Source: Dehalococcoidia bacterium (GTDB taxonomy: Bacteria > Chloroflexota > Dehalococcoidia > GIF9 > AB-539-J10). From it: a DNA stretch of 64,000 bases. The stretch covers positions 64,001 to 128,000 of the forward strand of contig JAUWOR010000004.1 in the NCBI GenBank assembly GCA_030612025.1, read 5' to 3'. The position numbers and the translations under genes are program-made. This document shows, piece after piece, positions 10,476 through 18,272 of this stretch. Below the pieces are notes generated by a model. It was not told the origin of the DNA, did no database searches, and was given only the letters and a program-made list of their open reading frames with translations. The first letter of the stretch is position 1. Every line of letters starts with the position of its first letter.

Positions 10476-10511
10476 CCTCTCCCTTGATGGGAGAGGATTA
10501 AGGTGAGGGTG
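10476..10511. repeat. CCTCTCCC...GGGAGAGG..GGTGAGGG hairpin repeat (family B)
   Basis: Related copies at 38577-38612 and 59785-59831. Confidence 0.75.
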
Positions 10512-10527
10512 TCTCCCACCTACTAAC

Positions 10528-10833
10528 TTAACGCTCCAATTCTCTTCTTAGCGAGTCCAGCTTACCTTTCATACTCAAAGTTTTATCTCGCCGGTCATCA
10601 ATTTTAATTACGGTTATCACCCTGACCACTCCCTCAGCAAAAACCTCTTCATGCATCTTCTTTGCTATCGCCAAAATCTTATCCAGATCACCCTCTATAA
10701 TCGTCCCCATAGCGGTTATTTCGTATTTTATATCCTTCTCTTGCTGCAAGACTTTAACTGCCTTGGCTACATATTTGCTGAGTGAAGGTGTTTCTGTCCC
10801 TATGGGTATAATGCTTATCTCTGCCACTGCCAA
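10528..10833 (-). CDS. MTH1187/UPF0045 thiamine-binding family protein
   Basis: EISIIPIG...SLSKYVA...AMGTIIEG...RVIT.IKIDDRRDK. Confidence 0.9.
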   Translation of the reverse strand: MAVAEISIIPIGTETPSLSKYVAKAVKVLQQEKDIKYEITAMGTIIEGDLDKILAIAKKMHEEVFAEGVVRVITVIKIDDRRDKTLSMKGKLDSLRRELER

Positions 10834-10872
10834 TCTTTTCCTCCTATCTGGAAAATCTCTAGGGAGATTGGA

Positions 10873-11001
10873 TTAATGAAACCACCTTAAGGTTCTGGAT
10901 AGCCCCACTGCCAGTGCTATCAGAATAAGAAGAATAGCTATTCCTATAGTTACAAACTTGCTGGATTTTTTTATGGGTCTTCCTTTTTCTTTTTTGTTCA
11001 A
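10873..11001 (-). CDS. Possible 42-aa single-TM peptide
   Basis: MNKKEKGRPIKKSSKFVTIGIAILLILIALAVGLSRTLRWFH from a TTG start; basic N-terminus followed by a hydrophobic helix. Confidence 0.35.
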   Translation of the reverse strand: MNKKEKGRPIKKSSKFVTIGIAILLILIALAVGLSRTLRWFH

Positions 11002-11052
11002 TTAATTTTAAAATAGTAGCAAAGATTCACTCCTAAGTCATTTTGGTCTATT

Positions 11053-11547
11053 ATGTCAACAAATAAAGCAGTCGTAAAGATGATAGAGGGGGAAGAGATG
11101 GTAATCAAAGAGGAAATTCCTGTTCCCTGCTTTCGCTGTGGTATCTGCTGCACCCTCTACCAGCCTCCACTTTATCCCGAAGACATAGAAAACATTGCCT
11201 TAGGATTGGGAATATCGAAATCAGAGTGTATCTGCAGGTATGCTGAGCATGTTCCAACAAAGGAAGGTTACTTGCTTAAGAGGATGGAAAAAGGTTGCAT
11301 TTTCCTTGCCTGGGATGAGGAAGGCAAAGCTTGCTGCACTATACACTCCTTCCGTCCCAAAGCTTGCCGAGAATGGATCCCCAGTCTATCCAAGCCAGAA
11401 TGCCTTGAGGGGTTGATTAAACTCAAGTCCGAAGGGCAGTTGATGTTGCTGGGCAAGCTATTCGACTCCGAGGAAGATCAGGAAACATTCTGCTCATCTT
11501 TAAAGAATGCTTTATCACAGACATCAACAAGCAGCTTGCTATGGTAA
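11053..11547 (+). CDS. YkgJ-family cysteine-cluster (CxxCxxCC) protein
   Basis: CFRCGICC, CIFL, CTIHSFRPKACR. Confidence 0.85.
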   Translation: MSTNKAVVKMIEGEEMVIKEEIPVPCFRCGICCTLYQPPLYPEDIENIALGLGISKSECICRYAEHVPTKEGYLLKRMEKGCIFLAWDEEGKACCTIHSFRPKACREWIPSLSKPECLEGLIKLKSEGQLMLLGKLFDSEEDQETFCSSLKNALSQTSTSSLLW

Positions 11548-11555
11548 TTAAGCTA

Positions 11556-12131
11556 TTAGAAAGTATTCCAATGCAAAACTGATTCTAGTTTCCTTTTTGG
11601 AACATGAAGCACACCACTTTTGTCTTTCCAATACTTCACAGAACCATCAAATGGCTCTGTAACCGGGTTTTCATCGGGATAGCCCAGGGCTAAAACCAGT
11701 AAAATTTCATAATTATCAGGAATATTCAGTATTCCCCTCAATTTATCCCTATCGGCACTGGCAATAGGACAGGAACCTATGCCCTTTTCCAGAGCTACCA
11801 GTATGATATTCTCCATTGCTCCTCCAACGTCATATACCGATGATGTCACTCCGATATCCCGGTTTTTAAGTATGGTGATATACGCCTTTGGTCTTTTGCC
11901 CTCAGGTGGGGTACCTTCTGGGCTGATGTATGCTGCCCACTTTAATGTGGAGAATACTTGAGCTAGCATTTGATCATCATCCACAATCACATATTCTAAG
12001 GGTTGGAGGTTAGCTGCTGAAGGTACTAATCTGGCTGCGTCAACGCAGCTCTCCAAGATTTTGCGGGGGATGGGTATCTCCTTAAAGCGCCTGATTGAGC
12101 GCCGCTTGATAATCACCTCATAGACACTCAT
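11556..12131 (-). CDS. Nitroreductase family protein
   Basis: RRSIRRF, PSAANLQP, LGYP, VPKRK. Confidence 0.9.
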   Translation of the reverse strand: MSVYEVIIKRRSIRRFKEIPIPRKILESCVDAARLVPSAANLQPLEYVIVDDDQMLAQVFSTLKWAAYISPEGTPPEGKRPKAYITILKNRDIGVTSSVYDVGGAMENIILVALEKGIGSCPIASADRDKLRGILNIPDNYEILLVLALGYPDENPVTEPFDGSVKYWKDKSGVLHVPKRKLESVLHWNTF

Positions 12132-12363
12132 ATCACTCCTTTTTTCAGGTATTGTAACACTCGAAGCTAGGGCTCCTCAACCTAAATTAAAATGCAGCAT
12201 CCTCTCTATCCTGGCAAAGCTTAGCCTTGTAGCAATTCCATATTTTGTCCTGGTTTTTAGCTTAAAGAGGCTAGTTGCTTTGAGCGCCGGTTAATAATAT
12301 TTCCAGGATTGCACAATGAAACCAAGTATGGAATTTTGAGTCCCAAAGGGGGGGCCGGGACGC

Positions 12364-12495
12364 TCAGTCAAATTTGGCATGTATGCTATCGACCTTGTCT
12401 TGCAGTTCGATTGTCAGGCGAATTGCCTTAGCGTTTGGAATATTAAGATCAGAATGCCTCTTTAATCGGTTATCTATAATATCATGTGTGGGCAT
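12364..12495 (-). pseudogene. Chimeric remnant: start of a PLD-helicase gene fused to the tail of a restriction-modification methyltransferase gene
   Basis: MPTHDIIDNR-LKRHSDLNIPN-AKAIRLTIELQDKVDSIHAKFD*; tail is paralogous to 13747-13815; family calls recalled, not searched. Confidence 0.55.
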
Positions 12496-12498
12496 TGG

Positions 12499-12942
12499 TC
12501 ACTCCTGTAGCAGGTTTGGGTAGCTAGTGCGGAGCCATTTTACCACAGAAGCCCGGAGATTCCCTGCCAGAATTACCATCTCTTTAACCTCCTGGTCAGA
12601 TACCACCCCTGCCCGCTCATAGTCGCTGATGTTCCGTTTCTTTCGGAAACCATCAAATTGGGTAATCAGCCTGGCATCAGCCCTGATGGTATAGGCAAGC
12701 GACTGGATCACCCGATAGTGGTGGGCATCCCGTGCAGCACGGTAGCCAGCTGCGGCCAGGGCTGCAGTCGCCATCTGGAGAGCAGCGTTATAGGCGATAT
12801 TTAACTTCCAGTCCGGGCTCAACCCGGCTGTCTGGCAGTTATGTAGGTCGCGATCCGCTACGCTCAGTAGGTCTGCAATCTCCTGAGGGCTAGTCTGGTG
12901 TTCGATCAGCCAGCCGTTTTTCAACCAGTCGTGCAAGCTCAT
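12499..12942 (-). CDS. HEPN-domain protein (toxin of an MNT-HEPN pair)
   Basis: AYNAALQ, GYR, HHY, FRKKRNISDY (Rx4Y); overlaps the MNT gene. Confidence 0.8.
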   Translation of the reverse strand: MSLHDWLKNGWLIEHQTSPQEIADLLSVADRDLHNCQTAGLSPDWKLNIAYNAALQMATAALAAAGYRAARDAHHYRVIQSLAYTIRADARLITQFDGFRKKRNISDYERAGVVSDQEVKEMVILAGNLRASVVKWLRTSYPNLLQE

Positions 12943-13528
12943 GTTCATCTCCAATTAGATATATTTTACTCCCGCTCAAGACTGACTTGAGGAAATGATG
13001 TCCCTCGGTGATTTTACTTTTAAACTCGTCCGGGGGATACACTGTGGGATTGATTTCCCGCCCCAGCGTCTCCTGGGCAAGGCTAAGTCTCTCAACGACT
13101 TCAGCGAATGTCACTTCGCCCACTACTAAGATGTCCACGTCACTGGATTGGTATTCTGAGCCACGGGCTACGGAACCGTAGATTAGGGCAATCGAGATGT
13201 TGTCTACCAGTGGAGCCAGAGCAGACCGTAATATATCTCCAACCCCGGCCGTCTTGACCACGAAGCTTCTCAGCTCAGCAAAGATAGGACATTTGGGATT
13301 AGCCTGATAATAAACTTGCTTGCCTCTCACAGTCCGCCGGATAATTCCTGCAGCGGAAAGCTGTTTCAATTCCCTTTGTATAGCACCCAGGCCTGTGCCG
13401 GAGAAGCGGGCGATCTGACGCAGGTAAAAAGACTCATCGGCATGACTGTAAAGCAGGGACAGAATCGCCCGACGGGTCTTGCCAAACAGGGCTGCAGACA
13501 GATTATAGCTTTCAGTCATTGTACCCAT
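12890..13528 (-). CDS. wHTH + minimal nucleotidyltransferase (MNT antitoxin)
   Basis: N-terminal wHTH (FYLRQIARFSGTGLGAIQREL), YGSVARG..SDVDILVVG, REINP. Confidence 0.88.
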   Translation of the reverse strand: MGTMTESYNLSAALFGKTRRAILSLLYSHADESFYLRQIARFSGTGLGAIQRELKQLSAAGIIRRTVRGKQVYYQANPKCPIFAELRSFVVKTAGVGDILRSALAPLVDNISIALIYGSVARGSEYQSSDVDILVVGEVTFAEVVERLSLAQETLGREINPTVYPPDEFKSKITEGHHFLKSVLSGSKIYLIGDEHELARLVEKRLADRTPD

Positions 13529-13540
13529 TATGGGGACAAT
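13518..13540. promoter_or_regulatory. Palindromic operator overlapping the MNT start
   Basis: ATTGTACCCAT-T-ATGGGGACAAT, followed by a degenerate second TTGTACCC copy. Confidence 0.55.
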
Positions 13541-13550
13541 TGTACCCTTT

Positions 13551-13739
13551 TTAGTTACGGTATTCAAGGCTCTCTTTTGGCTGCCTCACTCTCTTTGCCT
13601 TTGGCTCCAGGCGTTTGTATCCCTCACTAATTTGCTCCAGCGCTTCGCGGTTTGCGGTGTTGCCTATAAGGAGCTTGAGCTTTAATGCTCCCTCGAGTTC
13701 TTTATGAGTAGGCTTTATAGTGGGTATGAAAGAGAGCAA
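13551..13739 (-). pseudogene. Fragment resembling the N-terminal PLD region of a PLD-helicase
   Basis: LKLLIGNTANREALEQISEGYKRLE resembles the family that begins MPTHDIIDNR (recalled, not searched). Confidence 0.45.
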
Positions 13740-13746
13740 AAACTAG

Positions 13747-14085
13747 CTAATCAAGCTTCGCATATTCACTATCAATCTTACCTTGCAACTCGATCGTGAG
13801 GCGGATTGCCTCGGCTGCCCTCATATAATGATTAATCTCATCCAGAGATAACTTCCGTCCCTTTCCATCCTTCAAAATGCCCTATAATGCCTCTGGCTTT
13901 TCAAGTGAAATAAGAACGCCTGCTTTACCCTGGAGCGGGAAAAGCTCAGAACACTCTTTAGCAAGCTCCTTTAAGGAGGGATAAAAGCTCTCCTCTCTAA
14001 AATTACCCGCCACATAAATCTTATGGATTTCCTTAAAGTAGCTAGTGAGAGTTCTCTCCAGTTTGCCTTTTTCTGCCTTTTTCAT
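13747..14085 (-). pseudogene. Internally deleted type ISP/IIG-like R-M methyltransferase gene (head + tail only)
   Basis: Head YFKEIHKIY.GNFREESFYPSLKEL, in-frame TAG at 13882, then tail LKDGKGRKLSLDEINHY...IRLTIELQGKID*. Confidence 0.6.
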
Positions 14086-14211
14086 TTGTTCCTTTTGCTT
14101 AAGGAAGCGATCATCTTGCCTAACATTCCACGATCAAAGGAAGTTGCCGAGGTAATTAAGGTGAAGGGTAGCAAGCTGCAAGTATGCTCTAACACAAAAT
14201 TAGGCCTAAGA

Positions 14212-15018
14212 CTATGAAGATTCATCAGGGATTAGATTCTTCTTTGCATTTATTTGCTTTTCCCATTGTGCAAACCGAAGTTTTACTGCTTGGATATTAT
14301 CTTTATCAAGCGGATTCATATGACAAACAACACATCGGGATTTATAAACTTCGTCGACGAACTGCGTGAACCACTCCAAGGACGAAATGATATCTGGCAC
14401 AACTTCTCTTTCTATCTTTCTCATAAGAGCCGATAATTGATTTAAATCGAGATAATCAATAGGACGAGCACCTCTTCTTTGATGCCAGGAGTTTCTTTTT
14501 TCATCAGCCATTCGCTTACTTACAGCATCCCTGAGCGGTTTAGGCGCTTCAGAATCCCACCAGTTGTTACCATATCGGGAAGTCATAACACGGTCAATAA
14601 CCTGCCGAATTGAATTTTCTAGAATATATAGGAGAGGATATATCTCTGCCATCTCCTTTGCTTCTGAAATCTTTTTTTGCGGAAGGATAGGGTCGGCAAC
14701 CTTGAATTCCTGACCACCTATTATAATAACCCCTTGCTTTCTTCTTAATTCCTCTTTTCTTTGTCGGGTTGCTTTGCTTACAGAAGGCAAAGTTTGAACT
14801 GGAGGAGAAATCTGTTGCAGAAGGACTCTGACATGATTGATGATCTCTTTATCAAGATATTTGTCGATGATGATGCCTTCTTGCTGAGCAATTACATAAG
14901 TAGCATCTTCCGTAGTCATTGCATATCGTCTTTTTAATTTTTTGACTCGCTGAGAAACAGCTTGGGGAGTGACCCCCAATTTTTCGAGCAGCGCCTTACG
15001 AAGTTGCCTGTTCGTCAT
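14212..15018 (-). CDS. Swt1-like HEPN RNase with N-terminal HTH-like domain
   Basis: YPLLYILENSIR, YGNNWW, WHQRRG..PIDYLDL, RCVVCH (Rx4H); N-terminal LGVTPQAVSQRVKKL. Confidence 0.75.
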   Translation of the reverse strand: MTNRQLRKALLEKLGVTPQAVSQRVKKLKRRYAMTTEDATYVIAQQEGIIIDKYLDKEIINHVRVLLQQISPPVQTLPSVSKATRQRKEELRRKQGVIIIGGQEFKVADPILPQKKISEAKEMAEIYPLLYILENSIRQVIDRVMTSRYGNNWWDSEAPKPLRDAVSKRMADEKRNSWHQRRGARPIDYLDLNQLSALMRKIEREVVPDIISSLEWFTQFVDEVYKSRCVVCHMNPLDKDNIQAVKLRFAQWEKQINAKKNLIPDESS

Positions 15019-15274
15019 TGGATTTGCCTTCTTCAAAAAGTCCTTCTGCCTTGCCTTTTCCACCCCTAGCTTTCTTTCTAATGTCAGACAAGGTGACGCT
15101 GACTGTGTTTGCAGTGGTTCCTAGTAGCTTGGCGATTTCTTTTGGTTGAAAACCAACGCTGGAAAGGACTGCAATTCTATCCCTCTGGATTTGATCCCTC
15201 GTAGCAGTTAATGCTAGGAGCTTAGTAATGCGCTGGAGTTCTTGCAGGATTTCCTCTTCTTTGGAATCATTCAT
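14996..15274 (-). CDS. Small coiled-coil + HTH protein (4th gene of operon)
   Basis: EEILQELQRITKLL; GFQPKEIAKLLGTTANTVSVTLS; ATGA overlap with upstream gene. Confidence 0.8.
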   Translation of the reverse strand: MNDSKEEEILQELQRITKLLALTATRDQIQRDRIAVLSSVGFQPKEIAKLLGTTANTVSVTLSDIRKKARGGKGKAEGLFEEGKSNDEQATS

Positions 15275-15522
15275 TCCGCTCCCGCCTCCTCTGTAGCTTT
15301 TTCACCCTGCGATTTGCTTTTCTTTCTAGCTTCCGACAGCCGAACACTAACTGTGCCTGGAGTTGTCCCAACTATTTCAGCAATTAGGTTTGTATCTAGG
15401 CCTAAAGCACCAAGGGTTAAAATAGCCTCGGTTTTTCCCTTTCCCTCAATAGCCTTATTTCCAAGCAGCCGAATTATAATATCAAGTTTTGTGTCGATTC
15501 TTTCAAGAATTTCTTCCGTCAT
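15271..15522 (-). CDS. Small coiled-coil + HTH protein (3rd gene of operon)
   Basis: EEILERIDTKLDIIIRLL; GLDTNLIAEIVGTTPGTVSVRLS; SD AGGAG. Confidence 0.8.
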   Translation of the reverse strand: MTEEILERIDTKLDIIIRLLGNKAIEGKGKTEAILTLGALGLDTNLIAEIVGTTPGTVSVRLSEARKKSKSQGEKATEEAGAE

Positions 15523-15596
15523 TGGTCCACTCCTTTTATCATCGGCAAAATCATCATCTCATCGGCAAAGTCATCATCTTTTTCCTTCAGATTACC

Positions 15597-16016
15597 TTAT
15601 TTTTGACTAACTTGATCGGTCTTTCGTCTTTTGGAGCGTTCCTTCTTGCCAGCAGCAACTTCAATCCCAAACTCACCAAGCGACACAATTTTGCACCGGC
15701 GGCCTCGCACCTCTTTAGATTCTTCCACTATCCCTTCCCTTTGCCACTTGTCCCACCAGTTAGATACGGTATCTTTACTCACTCCAGTAATGGATTCAAT
15801 CTGTCTTGTACCATTGTTACCCTCTGTGGCTTCAAAGACGCGCTTTTTGTCCTCAGAATCCAGAATCGTTATTAGCCGATTTCTTATATTCTCATAATTA
15901 GCTAGCTTGGTGTAGATAATGAACTTATGTAACAAGGGTATGAAATCATCACCCTCCAGTTTCTGTCCGGATTGCTCTTGGCTAGCGGCGAGTCTTTCCC
16001 GCTTGCTTTCATTCAT
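15597..16016 (-). CDS. wHTH protein (2nd gene of operon)
   Basis: KRVFEATEG..TRQIESITGVSKDTVSNWWDKWQREGIV; SD GGAGG before ATG 16016. Confidence 0.78.
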   Translation of the reverse strand: MNESKRERLAASQEQSGQKLEGDDFIPLLHKFIIYTKLANYENIRNRLITILDSEDKKRVFEATEGNNGTRQIESITGVSKDTVSNWWDKWQREGIVEESKEVRGRRCKIVSLGEFGIEVAAGKKERSKRRKTDQVSQK

Positions 16017-16059
16017 AGTAATGCCTCCTTTACCCATAGCAGATGCCTTTTTGAAGTTT

Positions 16060-16377
16060 TTATACTTCCCATCTTTTTCGGTAAACCCTTTTCCCTTCTT
16101 TATCTTGCACTGATACGAGTCCTGCGCCCACTAGTGCCTTCAGGTGAAGAGAGACATTCGGTTGGCTGGTTTTTAGCAACTTTGTGATTTCCCCAACACT
16201 TCTTCTTCCGTCCAACAGTTCGTAGATTTGTCTTTTAGTCGAATCCTTATTACCTAATGATTGCTCGGCTCTTTCGCGTGCTAGCCGAAGCTGATCTTGA
16301 TATACAAGCTCAAATTCGTCTAACAGACGTTGGAGAAGATCCCTTATTTCTGATAAAGTTTGTTCTTGACTATCCAT
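16060..16377 (-). CDS. ArsR-like wHTH protein with N-terminal coiled coil (1st gene of operon)
   Basis: TLSEIRDLLQRLL; RQIYELLDG.RSVGEITKLLKTSQPNVSLHLKALVGAGLV. Confidence 0.85.
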   Translation of the reverse strand: MDSQEQTLSEIRDLLQRLLDEFELVYQDQLRLARERAEQSLGNKDSTKRQIYELLDGRRSVGEITKLLKTSQPNVSLHLKALVGAGLVSVQDKEGKRVYRKRWEV

Positions 16378-16405
16378 AAGCAATTTTACTAATACTTACA
16401 ATATT

Positions 16406-16434
16406 ATTATATACAATGCTAACTAAGATGTCAA
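16406..16434 (-). promoter_or_regulatory. Consensus sigma70 promoter of the HTH x4 + HEPN operon
   Basis: TTGACA (16434-16429), 17 bp spacer, TATAAT (16411-16406). Confidence 0.85.
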
Positions 16435-16699
16435 ATCACGACGTTAAATTCAATCTTTTTGTAGACTTATGAGAACTTAGTAAATAAATTCTGACTAATA
16501 TTTCTTCAGCCAATAACTTCTGTCTATTCAAGATAATTAGAGTTCGAGTGTAGTGCCGGCTTCCCCATCCAGGATTCAAACTTGCCCGTATATCAAACTA
16601 TTCTCCGATGGAAAACGGTCTTATCTAGGAACTTGCTCTCTAGCCTTTAGTGGCAGAACCAAATGCTATGTTTTATCTAGCTTAGTACAGTTTGTATGT

Positions 16700-16829
16700 T
16701 ATGTCAACTTTATTATATAACAACCTCAGACATTCCCTAAGTCTTTCTTCAGTTCCTCAGTAGGATAATCGAAAACAGGAATTTTATGTTTCCCCAGGAT
16801 TTCTACGAAGGCTCTTTTGGAATAACCAG
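16700..16829 (-). repeat. Direct repeat copy 1 (3' remnant of a UPF0175-like gene)
   Basis: Matches 17948-18079; encodes GYSKRAFVEILGKHKIPVFDYPTEELKKDL. Confidence 0.75.
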
Positions 16830-16864
16830 CAGGAGTGGAAGCTTGCCACCCGTATCTCATACAT

Positions 16865-17119
16865 TTAAGCTTCCTTCTCCACCTCCTTCACAACCTCCTC
16901 AAATAATCGCCCTCCAGTTATTCGAAACTCATTCTCAGCCTCCATCATGGCTTTTAGATCCTCTTTATCCTCCAAAGCCTCCCTTTTTTCAAGCCACTCT
17001 CGGAATGCCTCGATAGTGATTTCTCGAATCGATTTACCTCGCTCGATAGCAGCAATCTTTATCGCTTTAAGGAGTTCCTCACTTCCTAAATCTACAGTTA
17101 TTCGCGTTCCTTTAGCCAT
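16865..17119 (-). CDS. Ribbon-helix-helix antitoxin-like protein
   Basis: TRITVDLGSEELLKAIKIAAIERGKSIREITIEAFREWL, acidic tail; SD AGGAGGTG. Confidence 0.75.
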   Translation of the reverse strand: MAKGTRITVDLGSEELLKAIKIAAIERGKSIREITIEAFREWLEKREALEDKEDLKAMMEAENEFRITGGRLFEEVVKEVEKEA

Positions 17120-17191
17120 ACTCACCTCCTTCGCTTGCATTATAGCATAAAGACATAAAAATGAGTAACTGCTATGCAAAAGTTATTTCAT

Positions 17192-17335
17192 CTAAAAGGG
17201 TTCCAATTCTTCGGCAACCATTTCTGGTGAGGTATCGATGACCCACGCATCATATAGCCTCTCAAGTGGGCCAGTATCGTCGGTGTAGATTCCGCTGGGA
17301 TATGGTCGAGATATGAGCTTGATATTTAGGCTCAT
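17192..17335 (-). other. 47-aa ORF coupled to hicA (probable gene remnant)
   Basis: TAATG overlap; MSLNIKLISRPYPSGIYTDDTGPLERLYDAWVIDTSPEMVAEELEPF. Confidence 0.3.
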
Positions 17336-17580
17336 TATGTCCTGTCATAAGCTTTCAAAAATTCGTCTCTGGATATTCCAGCTTGTGCACATATTGTTCT
17401 TAGTGTTGAACTTTTGATCCTCGGATGGTTAGGCATCGTCAAAGGCGTTCTACTTCCATCGGGATTTTCACGTACCATGGCAATGTGCTCCTTTTCTCTA
17501 ACAAACTCGAAACCAAGAAGTCCAAAAGCCTTTATTACTCGCCTCTTAGGAACATCAACCGGGAACTTTCTCTCAAACAT
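17335..17580 (-). CDS. hicA: HicA-family toxin
   Basis: VIKAFGLLGFEFVREKEHIAM...LTMPNH..IK.STLRTI..QAGISRDEF. Confidence 0.85.
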   Translation of the reverse strand: MFERKFPVDVPKRRVIKAFGLLGFEFVREKEHIAMVRENPDGSRTPLTMPNHPRIKSSTLRTICAQAGISRDEFLKAYDRT

Positions 17581-17800
17581 TTACCCCCGTTTCAGTAATG
17601 AAAGCCTCAAGAACGGGGGGCTCTGATTCAATTACTTCTTTACCAAAGGTCTCGATATGAAACCGGATAGCTGATTTCACATCTGACACAGCTTCTTCAT
17701 AAGTATCCCCTTGCCCTACCACGATGCCTTTCAAGCCCAGGGGATATGCGACATACCCATCGGGGGTTTTTTCCACTACAATTTTAAACTGATGTACCAT
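17573..17800 (-). CDS. hicB: Short HicB-family antitoxin
   Basis: IVVEK..DGYVAYPLGLKG.VVGQGDTYEEAV..VK.AI.FHIE. Confidence 0.85.
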   Translation of the reverse strand: MVHQFKIVVEKTPDGYVAYPLGLKGIVVGQGDTYEEAVSDVKSAIRFHIETFGKEVIESEPPVLEAFITETGVNV

Positions 17801-17947
17801 AATTTACCTCCTGGATTTACGTCCTTGGCATTTTTAAGGAAGCAAGCTCAATCATGCTCTTGCATTGCCAATTATAGCACTACTAGTGCAAATTTTGTGG
17901 TGGAGGGTAAAGCTATATTTTTATCTTGGATGAGCAGCTTTTATTGG

Positions 17948-18079
17948 TATGTCAAATTCATTGCGTATAATAACCTGCGGCATTCTCTAACTCTTTTTTC
18001 AGTTCCTCGGCAGGATAGTTGAAAACAGGAATTTTATGTTTTCCCAGGATTTCTGCGAAGGCTCTTTTAGGATAACCAG
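17948..18079 (-). repeat. Direct repeat copy 2 (3' remnant of a UPF0175-like gene)
   Basis: Encodes GYPKRAFAEILGKHKIPVFNYPAEELKKEL; offset about 1250 bp from copy 1. Confidence 0.75.
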
Positions 18080-18272
18080 TGTGGCACCCAGATTTTAATT
18101 TAATAGCCCCTCTATTTCCCGTTTGATGCTTTGGTTAAGTTTTTCAGGCAAGGGGGGATTTTGTCTCAGCTAAAAGATTATAGAAGGTAGTCCTTAGGAT
18201 GGCCACTTTTTGAATAAGGGGGGATATAGCAAAAGTTCATTGAAGTCGATCTTAAGAAGTAAGATGGCTCTT

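Noticed and set aside
12338-12363. Possible tRNA 3'-end/att remnant (GTCCCAAAGGGGGGG...)
   Set aside because: Too short, lacks the T-loop complement, and has no partner copy in the window.
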